This document shows, one piece after another, positions 47,013 to 56,668 of a DNA stretch of 58,143 bases. Under the pieces are notes generated by a model, which made no database searches, was not told where the DNA came from, and saw only the letters and a list, made by a program, of their open reading frames with translations. Source of the stretch: Trebonia sp. (lineage in GTDB: Bacteria; Actinomycetota; Actinomycetes; Streptosporangiales; Streptosporangiaceae); NCBI GenBank assembly GCA_030043595.1, contig JASHXJ010000034.1, forward strand, positions 1 through 58,143, given 5' to 3'. A program made the translations under genes and the position numbers. Each line of letters opens with the position of its first letter. Position 1 is the stretch's first letter.

Positions 47013-48316
47013 CGGTGCCCTGGCAGACACGCTTCCTTATCATCGGCGCCGGACCAACCGGGACCGGCGCTGCGGTCCGGCTGACTGAACTGGGCGAGGA
47101 CTTCGTCATAGTCGACTCCAGCGACAGGGTCGGCGGCCTGGCATCGTCCGTGACCGACGCCGAGGGCTTCACCTGGGACCTCGGCGGTCACGTCATCCAC
47201 AGCCACTTCCCCGAGTTCGACCAGGCCGTTGAGCTCAGCGGCGTGACAATGAACCAGGTAACCCGCAACGGCTGGGTCTGGCTGGAAGGGACAGGGCCGG
47301 AGACGCTCGTGCCCACGCCGATCCAGCAGCAGCTCACCGAGCTGCCCACGGACCTGCGCCCGGACGCGCCGGCCGAGCATCTCGCCGACTACTACCGCAA
47401 CAGCTTCGGCCAGGTCCTCTACGAGCGGTTCTTCGAGCCCTACAACGTGAAGATGTGGACCACGCCGCTGGACATGGTCGACCATCGGTGGACCTCGCTG
47501 CGCAATGGCAGCGGCGAGCGTAACGTCCCAGTGCTCACACTGGCCACCGGCGCGAAGCCGCCTGCCGAGCGCTTCCCCTACCCGGTGGGCGGTACCGGCG
47601 CGCTGTGGGAGGCCATTCATGACCGTGTGCTCGGGCGTGCCCGTCTCCAGCTGAACACGCAGGTCAAGAACCTGGACCTCGCCAGTCGTACGGCAGAGCT
47701 GGCCGACGGCCGGAGGATCAGCTATGAGTACTGCGTCAGCACAGGCCCGATCACGACGGCGATGCGCTGGACCGGGCAGGAGCGGCTGAGCGCTCGCCTG
47801 CGCGCGAGCACTGTACACGTGGTGGGCGTGGGCTTGCGGGGCGACCCGCCGCAGGCGCTTGCCGGCAAGACCTGGCTGTACTGCCCAGATCGCGGCGTCC
47901 CCTGGTACCGGGCGACGATGCTCAGCAATTACGATGCCGGCAACGCCGGCCCGGGCCGCTGGAACATCTTGTGCGAGGTACCGTCCTTTGGCTCGGAGCC
48001 GACCACCGCGTCGGACGCGATCGATGGCACGATCTCCTCACTGCGGGCCCTCGGGGCCGACCCTAGCCTGATCCGCAGCAGGTGGCACCGGACGATCCCC
48101 ATGGGCTATCCCGTCCCCACACTGGGCCGCGACGACGTCCTCGCCCAGGTGAACGACAGGCTGCTCGCGCACGGCGTGTACAGCCGCGGCCGGTTCGGGG
48201 GCTGGCGCTACGAGTCGTGCAACCAGGACTACTCGTTCATGCAGGGACGTGAGGCGGTCGACAGCGCGCTGTTCGGTGCGGCCGAGGACGTGTACTGGCA
48301 TCCCGAGCGCTTCTGA
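47009..48316 (+). CDS. FAD enzyme resembling eukaryote-type UDP-galactopyranose mutase
   Basis: GAGPTG, WDLGGHVIHSH, PYN.K.W, GGTG.LW, WLY.P, YRAT..SNY, GYP.P, SRGRFGGWRYE..NQD.SFMQG.EAVD; TTGA overlap with the deacetylase. Confidence 0.78.
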   Translation: MTVPWQTRFLIIGAGPTGTGAAVRLTELGEDFVIVDSSDRVGGLASSVTDAEGFTWDLGGHVIHSHFPEFDQAVELSGVTMNQVTRNGWVWLEGTGPETLVPTPIQQQLTELPTDLRPDAPAEHLADYYRNSFGQVLYERFFEPYNVKMWTTPLDMVDHRWTSLRNGSGERNVPVLTLATGAKPPAERFPYPVGGTGALWEAIHDRVLGRARLQLNTQVKNLDLASRTAELADGRRISYEYCVSTGPITTAMRWTGQERLSARLRASTVHVVGVGLRGDPPQALAGKTWLYCPDRGVPWYRATMLSNYDAGNAGPGRWNILCEVPSFGSEPTTASDAIDGTISSLRALGADPSLIRSRWHRTIPMGYPVPTLGRDDVLAQVNDRLLAHGVYSRGRFGGWRYESCNQDYSFMQGREAVDSALFGAAEDVYWHPERF

Positions 48317-48412
48317 GGGCTTGAGTACGCTCGACTTTCCCCGGCCCCTTGAGCGGTCCGGCGGCAGGACAGGACAATTGCGCTATGGACAGGTCCGAGG
48401 TGCGGGCGCGAG

Positions 48413-49396
48413 ATGCGCTTGAGACCTGGCGCTGACCCCGAATCAGGAAGCGGCCGGGCAATACGGCCCGCGGATCCGGCTCCCAGCGTCTTCTCGACCG
48501 TTGGCCTGCCAGACGCACGCCGGGTCGAACTGTGGGAGACGCACAACGCCACCGCGCTCATCGGCCTGGACATCCGTGCGGCCGGATCCCTCGAGGCGAC
48601 CGAACTGAACGTTCAGCTCCCCCAGATCCAGCTGGCCCGGGTGTCCGGGTCGGCCCACGGCGTGGCGCGCACAGCAGACGTCATCAGCAGGACCCCGGCC
48701 GACGCGATCGCCGTCTACCTGACGCTGCGGGGAGACGCCTGGTTCCGGGACCGCGGCGGTGCGCACGTGCTACGGCCTGGCAGCGCGCTGGTCTGCCAGA
48801 CGGATCACCCCTTCACCCGGGGATTCGCGCGCGGGCTCGAGGAACTCGTCGTCAAGGTGCCCCGCGTGGCGCTGCCCGTGACGTTCCCCAGCAAGCCGGT
48901 GATTACAGCCTTTGGTGGCGGCGGCGGGCTGAACCGGTATGCCCGCGCCCTCGCCGCCATCACCAGCCGGGTGGCCAGAACCGTCGATCCCCGGCCGGCC
49001 GACGAACGCACTGTGCTGGATCTGGTCGCGGTTCTGCTGGCGGGCCGCGCGGCGGCCGGGGCAGTGGCCCACCGCGCTGCGGCGCGCTCCTATATAGAGG
49101 AGCACCTGACCGACCCGAGCCTGGGCGCCGATCAGGTCGCGGCGGCGGTCGGGATCAGCGAGCGGCAGCTCTCGCGGGTCTTCGCCGCCGACGGCACTTC
49201 AGTCCCGAGGCACGTCCTGTCCCGTCGGCTGCAGCTCGCCTACTCGGTGCTGGCGCGGGGGGCCGGCGCGGACGAGACCGTGGCCGACGTCGCTGCCAGG
49301 TGCGGCTTTACCTCAGTGACGTACTTCTCCCACGTCTTCCGCGCCCACTTCGGCGAGCGCGCCAGCGACGTCAGGGGCGTCAGCGGCGAGTGGTAG
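48413..49396 (+). CDS. AraC family transcriptional regulator (FeaR-like)
   Basis: R.ELWE.HN..ALI; C-terminal ISERQLSRVF...VADVAARCGF.S..YFS.VF...FG. Confidence 0.92.
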   Translation: MRLRPGADPESGSGRAIRPADPAPSVFSTVGLPDARRVELWETHNATALIGLDIRAAGSLEATELNVQLPQIQLARVSGSAHGVARTADVISRTPADAIAVYLTLRGDAWFRDRGGAHVLRPGSALVCQTDHPFTRGFARGLEELVVKVPRVALPVTFPSKPVITAFGGGGGLNRYARALAAITSRVARTVDPRPADERTVLDLVAVLLAGRAAAGAVAHRAAARSYIEEHLTDPSLGADQVAAAVGISERQLSRVFAADGTSVPRHVLSRRLQLAYSVLARGAGADETVADVAARCGFTSVTYFSHVFRAHFGERASDVRGVSGEW

Positions 49397-49552
49397 CACT
49401 CCGTTCTACCGCTTCTCATTTCCGCCATCCTCAGGCCGGATCCTTGGGGGCGGCGGTCACCACTAGGCACAATCGCGCACAAATGAGTGCCCGTACGCCG
49501 GTGCCAGGGTCGGCGCCGCGGCCCGGCGGGCACCGGGAGAGAGGTGCGCGCG

Positions 49553-51358
49553 ATGCCCGACTTCGAGGACGGTCTCGCCGAGACTGAGGTCCCAGCCGGA
49601 ACGACCGTGGAAACCGACGTCCTGATCGTCGGGTCCGGCCCGGCCGGCGGCGCGGCCGCGCTGTGCCTGGCCACACTCGGCATCCCGAACATCGTGATCA
49701 CCAAGTACCGGTGGACGGCGAACACCCCCCGCGCGCACATCACCAACCAGCGCGCGATGGAGATCTTCCGCGACCTGGGCATCGAGGAGCAGGTACTGGC
49801 GGACGCCACACCGCACGAGCTCGTCGGCGACACGGTGTTCTGCACGTCGATCGCCGGCGAGGAGATCGGAAGAATCCGCACGTGGGGCACGCACCCGGCA
49901 CGGGAGGCCGACTATCAGCTCGCGTCGCCGTGCCTGATCTGCGACATCCCGCAGACCTACCTGGAGCCGATCCTGGTCAAGAACGCCGCCGCCCGCGGCA
50001 CCCAGGCCCGGTTCTCGACCGAGTACGTCTCGCACACCCAGGACGAAGACGGCGTGCACACGACCGTCCGCGACCGGCTCACCGGCGCCGTGTACACGAT
50101 CGGGGCGAGGTACCTGATCGGCGCCGACGGCGCACGCTCGCTCGTGGCCGAGCACATCGGGCTTCCGATGGAAGGCGCGATGGACATCGCAGGGTCGATG
50201 AACATCACCTTCAAGGCGGATATCTCCCGCTACGTAGCCACGCGCCCCTCGGTGCTGTACTGGGTGATCCAGCCTGGCTCCAACGTCGGCGGAATCGGCG
50301 CCGGACTTGTCCGCATGGTCCGGACCTGGAACGAGTGGCTGATCGTCTGGGGCTATGACATCAGCCAGCCACCGCCGGTCGTCGACACGGAAAAAGCCGT
50401 CCAGATCGTCCGCAGCCTGCTCGGCATGCCCGACCTCGAGGTGGAGATCACCGGCACCTCGCTGTGGGGCAACAACGAGATGTACGCGACGCACCTGCAG
50501 AAGCAGCGGGTGTTCTGCGCTGGCGACGCGGTGCACCGGCACCCGCCGAGCAACGGGCTCGGCTCCAACACCTCCATCCAGGACTCCTACAACCTCGCCT
50601 GGAAGCTCGCCGCGGTAATCCGCGGCCAGGCAGGCCCAGACCTGCTCGACACCTACTCGGCCGAGCGCGCCCCGGTCGCGAAGCAGATCGTGACCAGGGC
50701 CAACCAGTCCAGCCGCGAGTTCGTGCAGTTCTTCGAGGTGCTCGGGCTGACCGAGGCCGAGACCGAAGCGCAGATGCGGCAGCAGATCGAAGAGCGCAAG
50801 GCCAACACCCCGCGCGGCAAGGCCAAGCGCCAGGCGCTTGTCAAGGCGATGGAGCTGAAGAACTACGAGTTCAACGCGCACGGCGTGGAACTTGGCCAGT
50901 TCTACGAGTCGGCCGGGATCGTTCGGGATGGATCTGAACGGCCGCAACCGGAGCGCGACCCTGAGCTGTATTACCAGGCCTCCACCGTGCCCGGCTCGCA
51001 CCTGCCGCACGTCTGGGTCGGCGACGCCGCCCGCAAGCTGTCCACCCTGGATCTGGCTCCGTATACCCGGTTCACGCTGATCACCGGGATCGCCGGCGAG
51101 GCCTGGGCCGACGCCGCCGCCAAGGTAGGGGCAGACCTCGGCATCCCGCTGGAGACCGTGATCATCGGCCCGGGCCGCGAGGTCACCGACATCTACTACG
51201 ACTGGGCGCGGATCCGCGAGGTGGAAGAAGAAGGGGTCCTGCTCATCAGACCGGACAAGTTCATCGGCTGGCGCTCGGTGACGCTTCCCGATGATCCGGA
51301 ACGGCAGTTGCGCTCCGCTCTGGAGTCACTGCTGAGCCTGTCACGCGATTTACCGTAG
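49553..51358 (+). CDS. FAD-dependent phenol monooxygenase (TfdB/2,4-dichlorophenol 6-monooxygenase-like)
   Basis: GSGPAG, PRAHITNQR, GADG, GDAVHRHPP.NGLGSNTSIQD.YNLAWK, C-terminal L.RPD. Confidence 0.92.
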   Translation: MPDFEDGLAETEVPAGTTVETDVLIVGSGPAGGAAALCLATLGIPNIVITKYRWTANTPRAHITNQRAMEIFRDLGIEEQVLADATPHELVGDTVFCTSIAGEEIGRIRTWGTHPAREADYQLASPCLICDIPQTYLEPILVKNAAARGTQARFSTEYVSHTQDEDGVHTTVRDRLTGAVYTIGARYLIGADGARSLVAEHIGLPMEGAMDIAGSMNITFKADISRYVATRPSVLYWVIQPGSNVGGIGAGLVRMVRTWNEWLIVWGYDISQPPPVVDTEKAVQIVRSLLGMPDLEVEITGTSLWGNNEMYATHLQKQRVFCAGDAVHRHPPSNGLGSNTSIQDSYNLAWKLAAVIRGQAGPDLLDTYSAERAPVAKQIVTRANQSSREFVQFFEVLGLTEAETEAQMRQQIEERKANTPRGKAKRQALVKAMELKNYEFNAHGVELGQFYESAGIVRDGSERPQPERDPELYYQASTVPGSHLPHVWVGDAARKLSTLDLAPYTRFTLITGIAGEAWADAAAKVGADLGIPLETVIIGPGREVTDIYYDWARIREVEEEGVLLIRPDKFIGWRSVTLPDDPERQLRSALESLLSLSRDLP

Positions 51359-51370
51359 GATTTCCTCCGC

Positions 51371-52309
51371 GTGGAGGCGTCATTGTTGCGAAAGGGCCCA
51401 GTAGCGGCGGTGGCCGCGACCGTCGTGCTCGCGGTCTCGGGATGCCTGACCCCGCTGACGTCGCGGCCGCCGCTGACCCCGGTCCCGGCCCCGGCAAGCC
51501 CGCTGGTCGGCGTCTATGAACCGGGAGCGCCCGGCAGCTGGTCACAGATCACGGAGTTCGCCAGCGCGACCGGCGTCAAGCCCAGGATCGCCGTGTACTA
51601 CTCGCCATGGAACGACCCGTTCAGCACGTCGTTCGCGCAGACGGCCTGGGAAAACGACGCCTACGTGCTCGTCCAGCTGCAGCCGAGCGGCGTGAGTCTC
51701 GGCTCCATCGTCGCGGGGGGCTCGGACGGCTATCTGCGTTCCTACGCGGACGCCGTCGTGGCGTTCGGCCACCCGGTGATCTTGTCCTTCGGGCACGAGA
51801 TGAACGGCACCTGGTACTCATGGGGCGAGGGCCACACGCCGCCCGCGACCTTCGTGGCCGCCTGGCGGCACATCGTGCGAGTCTTCCGGGCCGCGGGCGC
51901 GGCCAACGTGACCTGGCTCTGGACGGTCAACTCCATCGACGGGGCGGCGAGCTCGCTGAGCCAGTGGTGGCCAGGGGCGGCGTGGGTCAGCTGGATCGGT
52001 ATCGACGGCTACTACTCCCTCGCCACGGATACCTTCGGCTCGGTGTTCGGCTCGACCATCGCGGACGTCCGCGCGTTCAGCAGCGCGCCGGTGCTGATCG
52101 CCGAGACCGCCGTTGGCACCACCACGGACCGGGAAAGCCAGATCGACGAGCTGTTCGCGGGCGTCCGCGCGGCGCGTCTGGCCGGGGTCGTCTGGTTCGA
52201 CGAGGCGCAGCACGCCGGCCTCTACCACCAGGACTGGCGGCTGGAAGACGACCCGGACGCCCTCGCGGCATTCACCGCGGCGGTAGCGACATACCTGGGC
52301 GCGAACTGA
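51371..52309 (+). CDS. GH26 family glycoside hydrolase, putative lipoprotein
   Basis: LAVSGC lipobox; FGHEMNG.WY.W, F..AWR, W.GIDGY, IAET. Confidence 0.88.
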   Translation: MEASLLRKGPVAAVAATVVLAVSGCLTPLTSRPPLTPVPAPASPLVGVYEPGAPGSWSQITEFASATGVKPRIAVYYSPWNDPFSTSFAQTAWENDAYVLVQLQPSGVSLGSIVAGGSDGYLRSYADAVVAFGHPVILSFGHEMNGTWYSWGEGHTPPATFVAAWRHIVRVFRAAGAANVTWLWTVNSIDGAASSLSQWWPGAAWVSWIGIDGYYSLATDTFGSVFGSTIADVRAFSSAPVLIAETAVGTTTDRESQIDELFAGVRAARLAGVVWFDEAQHAGLYHQDWRLEDDPDALAAFTAAVATYLGAN

Positions 52310-52337
52310 GGGGACTGGCGTGCAGGCGCGGCGGCAC

Positions 52338-53300
52338 TCAGGACTTCTTCTGGTACTCGACCGCGTCCGCGTGGAAGGCGCTGAGTGCCTTCGGGTCGCC
52401 TTGCAGAGCCCAGTCATGCCCGGCGGACTTGTTGTAGTCGAACCAGATGAAGCCGATGATCTGCGGCGTCGCCTCCAGGCCCTGGAACAGGCTGTCGATC
52501 TGCGCGGCGCGCTGTGGCCCGGGACCCACTCCGGTTTCTGTGATAAGTATGCTCTTATCGGAGAAAGTGCTCACCTGGGTGAGCGTCTGAGCGAACACCG
52601 TGGTGAACGTGTACGAGGGCTGGCTGAAATACCCGTCGAGCCCGACATACGTCACGTACTGGTTCCCCGGGTACCAGGGCTCGATCGCCGTGGTTGAGGG
52701 CAACTTAACGTTGGGATTCCAGATCCAGGTCACATTCGTGGCGCCGTTTTCCCGGAAGATCGTCACGATGCGCCGCCATGCGGCCACGAACACCGCCGGA
52801 GATGTGTACTTATAACCCCACTTGAACCAGGGACCGTTGAACTCGTGGTCGAAATCGATGGCTATCGGCGAGGAGTAGGCAGCGACCGCGCGCGCGTACG
52901 CGATGAAATGCTTATCCCACGCGCCGTCCGCGACTTGTGTGAGCGGAATAGCGTCTGAGTCGATTTCCAGGAGTGGCAGGACACCCTGGGCGCTTATTTT
53001 CGCCACCTGGACAGGATCGAAGTTCAGCGTCATCGGCGTGTACCACGAGGCGATCCTGGCGTGTATTCCCGTTGCCTTTTCTACCTGCTGGAACGTGGCA
53101 ACGTCATGCGGGAAATTGGGCGTCGTATATCCGATGAGCTTGCTCGCCAGTGGCGTTCTGGCTATCGTCGGCATGGGCGTTGGGTTCCCTTGCGCGGCGG
53201 CCTTGTGCGCCATCCTGCTCACGACACTGCACGCGCTTACGGGAAGCAGCGCCACAACGGCCACCGCCAGGATGCCGACGGCCTGCCGCATCCCGCTCAT
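52338..53300 (-). CDS. GH26 family glycoside hydrolase, putative lipoprotein
   Basis: VSAC lipobox; DHEFNG.W..W, WYPG..YV..VGLDGY, ITETG; ATGA overlap with the GT2 stop. Confidence 0.88.
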   Translation of the reverse strand: MSGMRQAVGILAVAVVALLPVSACSVVSRMAHKAAAQGNPTPMPTIARTPLASKLIGYTTPNFPHDVATFQQVEKATGIHARIASWYTPMTLNFDPVQVAKISAQGVLPLLEIDSDAIPLTQVADGAWDKHFIAYARAVAAYSSPIAIDFDHEFNGPWFKWGYKYTSPAVFVAAWRRIVTIFRENGATNVTWIWNPNVKLPSTTAIEPWYPGNQYVTYVGLDGYFSQPSYTFTTVFAQTLTQVSTFSDKSILITETGVGPGPQRAAQIDSLFQGLEATPQIIGFIWFDYNKSAGHDWALQGDPKALSAFHADAVEYQKKS

Positions 53301-54637
53301 ACCGCGACCTCTGCCTTCTGCTGCCGAGTCCCCCATCCTGCTCCCGCCTTCTTGCAGGTGAATATCCCATACAGGCGCAGCACCTTCAGGAATGTCATGG
53401 ACCAGGTGACTGCCAGGATGCTAGCGCAGAACGTGTCCAGCAGGTCTGCGGCGCTGTCGTCGCTGCGCCGGTACTGGAATATCCGCATGGCACCCGCGTA
53501 GCCAAACCCGGCCGCTGACCAGAGCATCAGTGGTATGACGTGGGCCCCTGCATGCCAGTACGCCAGGCTCACGATGGTCACGCTCGTCGACACGAACAGC
53601 GACCACAGGGAGGCCACCGTGAACAGCCAGCCGAGGGAAGCCACCGGCAGGTACCTGATCCGCCAGATACTGCGGACCGTGGATCCTCTCATCCAGCGCA
53701 TCCACTGCCGCATGTGGTGCGAGAGATTCTCTGGGAGGAGGGTGAACTGCACCGCCGTCGGCTGCTGCACCGTCCGTCCCTCCAGAAGGCAGAAGAGCGT
53801 GAGATAGGAATCGTCTGACATGCTGACCGGCCGGCCGAAGAACGTCTCGGATTCGTAAGCCTCCAGATACCGCCATACAACGCCAGCGCGATACAGCGCG
53901 AACGTGCCCCGGTTCACCAGCACCTGTCCCCGGACGGACTGGGCCGCGCACACGGTCACCTGCCAGATGAGCTGCCGGCATGCGGTTACCCGGGTGAGCC
54001 AGTTCCGCTTCATGTTCAGGCCCAGCTCCATCCCGGCAACGGACATGATGCTCCGGTCCGCGAACGGCTTCAGGCCTTCCGCGATCGCCCGCCGCTCGAG
54101 GACGGTGTCTGAGTCCACCGTCACGAAAATATGCGCGTAGCTGCTATTCCGGAACGCCTTCGCCTGGGCGTGCCGCTTACCGGCGTTCGCCTGGCGGAGC
54201 CACCCGAAGCGCACCCCATATGGCGCCATCCGCTCCCAGTACGAGCGCACGCCGGGGTACGCGACCGTCGATCCGTCGTCGACGACGACGACCTCCTGGG
54301 GAAGGCGTTCCTGCTCCATGACCGCGCGGATGCAGAGGTCGAGCGCGGCCGGATCCTCGTTGAAGACGGGAATGATCACCGTGACCCACAGCCTGTCGAG
54401 AATGCCCTGCTGCCGCTCCGTCACGGTGAAAGGCTTCTCCAGCCAGGAAATAGCATAGATGTAGAGGTTGTAGCCGAATACCACGATCCACGCGGCCACC
54501 AGCTCTATCTGCAGCTCACCGTGCAGCGGGATTACCGCCCTGCGGATGGCTTCCGAGAAAACCGGGATCATGAGCGCGAGCAGGAGCAATGGCAGGCGGC
54601 GGAAGCCGCGGTACGTGATCCGGGGGATCTCCGTCAT
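53297..54637 (-). CDS. Processive GT2 polysaccharide synthase (hyaluronan synthase/NodC-like)
   Basis: DDGS, GKR.A, VDSD, SDD..LT, QWMRW; TM helices at both ends. Confidence 0.9.
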   Translation of the reverse strand: MTEIPRITYRGFRRLPLLLLALMIPVFSEAIRRAVIPLHGELQIELVAAWIVVFGYNLYIYAISWLEKPFTVTERQQGILDRLWVTVIIPVFNEDPAALDLCIRAVMEQERLPQEVVVVDDGSTVAYPGVRSYWERMAPYGVRFGWLRQANAGKRHAQAKAFRNSSYAHIFVTVDSDTVLERRAIAEGLKPFADRSIMSVAGMELGLNMKRNWLTRVTACRQLIWQVTVCAAQSVRGQVLVNRGTFALYRAGVVWRYLEAYESETFFGRPVSMSDDSYLTLFCLLEGRTVQQPTAVQFTLLPENLSHHMRQWMRWMRGSTVRSIWRIRYLPVASLGWLFTVASLWSLFVSTSVTIVSLAYWHAGAHVIPLMLWSAAGFGYAGAMRIFQYRRSDDSAADLLDTFCASILAVTWSMTFLKVLRLYGIFTCKKAGAGWGTRQQKAEVAV

Positions 54638-54753
54638 ATGTCACCTGCTTTGCGGCCGCGACGCCATCCCACGCGGATCGCCACGCATGCGACAACGACG
54701 ACGGCCGTCCAGAACGCCAGGACACCGAGCTCTATGTGTATGAAAGTGGTCAC
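54634..54753 (-). CDS. 39-aa single-TM microprotein (not in the ORF track)
   Basis: MTTFIHIELGVLAFWTAVVVVACVAIRVGWRRGRKAGDI*. Its GTG overlaps the upstream stop (GTGA) and its TGA overlaps the downstream ATG (ATGA). Confidence 0.78.
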   Translation of the reverse strand: MTTFIHIELGVLAFWTAVVVVACVAIRVGWRRGRKAGDI

Positions 54754-56477
54754 GGTTCCACCCTTTCCCATACTTCGCTTGGGGTCGCCGGATGGCCGGC
54801 CCAGGGAACAACGGATATCAGGCGGTAGTAAACAGACTTCTGGAGGGCGGCTCTGACGATCGTGTAGTCTCTTGGCGCCAGGAGATCGTTAGCGTCTATC
54901 TCCACGACTCCGTAATAGCCCCGGGCGATCCCGTCCGTGGCCGCTGATGTCCCTTTCAGGCCATCGAGAACGGCTGTGTCCGGATTAGTGACCTCGGTCG
55001 AGCTAAGGTCCAGGTAGTACTGCGAAACGCTCGTCGCGTACATCAGGCAGGGGCAGCCGTCCGCGGAGATGGCGGCGGACATGGCTGGCATCGTCTTGGC
55101 GAATGAAGGCCATGTCTCGTAAATGAAGGTCGCCTGTGATTGCCCGGGAATGAGCACCACCGCCGCCGCGAGCGCGGTCATCGCCACGGCCCATGCTGGC
55201 CTGACGTCGAGCCGGGACATGCGCTGGATCGCGTAGCCGCCGGCAATGCAGGCGAACCAGGCGCCGAAGACCACGTGCTTGTGCAGGGATGTGGTGGTGC
55301 CGATCCTGGCCTGCTCCACTGGCGCCAGCAGACACGCGGCCAGGAGCACGGTCGCGAGCGAGAACTTGCGCCTGCCGTCACTCCAGGAGAGGAAGACACC
55401 GAGGCCGGCGACGGTCATCAGCGCACCCAGCCAGCCCCAGGACATCAGCAGGACAGCCTCTGGTGTCGCGTTGGACGGCAGCTTGCGGGCAAGAGTCGTG
55501 AACATGAGGCCATGGATGTACTCGTGTCCGGCGATGTGCAGTGCGAACGCCACCAGGATCGCCACATATGCGGTCAGGCGAAGGGTGCGGAAGATTCCCC
55601 GGCGCACCCCGCCGCGCGCCACCAGGCCGGCTATCGCGAAGATCACCGGATCCCACAACGCTGCCGCATATTTCGCGGCGTCGGCGAGTGCGATGAGGAT
55701 CGCGGCCGCCATCAGCGGAAGTTCACCGAGCGGTCCCGACGCACGCACGGTGAGCCAGGTCGCGGCGGCCAGCAGGAACAAGGCCATCGCATCGTAGGTG
55801 GCAAATGCCCCGAGCACCTGTGTCATGCCGAATACGCCGAACAAGGCGGCGCCGCCAGTACCGGCGGTGCGGCCATAGAGCCGGCAACCCGTGCCGTAAA
55901 GGCAGCATGTCGCCGCCAGCATGAAGCAAAGCGACAGGATCCGGGCACCGGCAAGGCCGTCGACCGCGGCCAGCGCCGCCAGTGGCGGATAAACGGTAGG
56001 GGCACCGGAGAAATACGTGGGGAAGTCAGGAAGAGCCGTGCCATGGAGCCAGTGCGACCACTCCAGGCGTCCCGCCCATATGTACAGCGCCTCGTCGGAG
56101 AATGCCGTATTGCTCCAGATCAGGCGCAGCGACAGCCCAGCCTGAACGATCAGGATCGCGAACAGCGGCCACGGCACGCGGGTGGCCAGCCAGCCGCGTG
56201 GCTTGCGAGGCGGAAGCGGCAGCTCGCCTGTGACCGCCGCCGGCAGCCTGATCTTGGGCATGACACCCAGGGCGCTCGCCGCAGCCTGCTCGCTGGCGAT
56301 GGTCTGGAGATGACTGAGCCCGGCAAGCTGCTCGCCAGTCTGCGGACCCGTGTAAAGACCGGTGTACGGGGCGGTATCCCGGTGCCGCGGTTCCCGCCGC
56401 CGGGCAGGCGCGCCCGGACTCGGCTCCTCGAAGTCGGGAGAGGCCGGCTGCTCGTGGTCGACCCGCAGCCGTACCAC
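54750..56477 (-). CDS. ArnT/PMT-like GT-C glycosyltransferase
   Basis: AFSDEALY.WAG, FSGAP..YPP, FATYD, AKYA, SL.KH; ~11 TM. Confidence 0.85.
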   Translation of the reverse strand: MVRLRVDHEQPASPDFEEPSPGAPARRREPRHRDTAPYTGLYTGPQTGEQLAGLSHLQTIASEQAAASALGVMPKIRLPAAVTGELPLPPRKPRGWLATRVPWPLFAILIVQAGLSLRLIWSNTAFSDEALYIWAGRLEWSHWLHGTALPDFPTYFSGAPTVYPPLAALAAVDGLAGARILSLCFMLAATCCLYGTGCRLYGRTAGTGGAALFGVFGMTQVLGAFATYDAMALFLLAAATWLTVRASGPLGELPLMAAAILIALADAAKYAAALWDPVIFAIAGLVARGGVRRGIFRTLRLTAYVAILVAFALHIAGHEYIHGLMFTTLARKLPSNATPEAVLLMSWGWLGALMTVAGLGVFLSWSDGRRKFSLATVLLAACLLAPVEQARIGTTTSLHKHVVFGAWFACIAGGYAIQRMSRLDVRPAWAVAMTALAAAVVLIPGQSQATFIYETWPSFAKTMPAMSAAISADGCPCLMYATSVSQYYLDLSSTEVTNPDTAVLDGLKGTSAATDGIARGYYGVVEIDANDLLAPRDYTIVRAALQKSVYYRLISVVPWAGHPATPSEVWERVEP

Positions 56478-56668
56478 CTCCCCCTGCGGCTTGAGATTCG
56501 TGCTGACCCAGCGGATGCCTCAACAGGCGTTCTTCGCTTACTCATAAGGATCTGAGATGGTGGCGTCCGCGAACCCGATTATACGGATCGTGTTCGGAAA
56601 TGTCTGGTTGTGGGCGGCTCCACATCGCACTTGGACCGCTGCCGGGCCGGTGGCGGATGATAGGGGAT

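Noticed and set aside
49501-49526. 24/26-nt inverted match to the mftR 5' end (29102-29127)
   Set aside because: Almost all G/C, so a chance match is plausible in this composition; no shared functional context.
43810-51010. Long antisense or alternate-frame ORFs (e.g. 43810-45423, 49463-51010)
   Set aside because: Typical stop-poor shadows of high-GC genes with no recognisable motifs.
53297-54637. Naming the GT2 as hasA or nodC
   Set aside because: The motifs show a processive GT2 only; the product cannot be determined, and the GH26 neighbours point to a different polymer.
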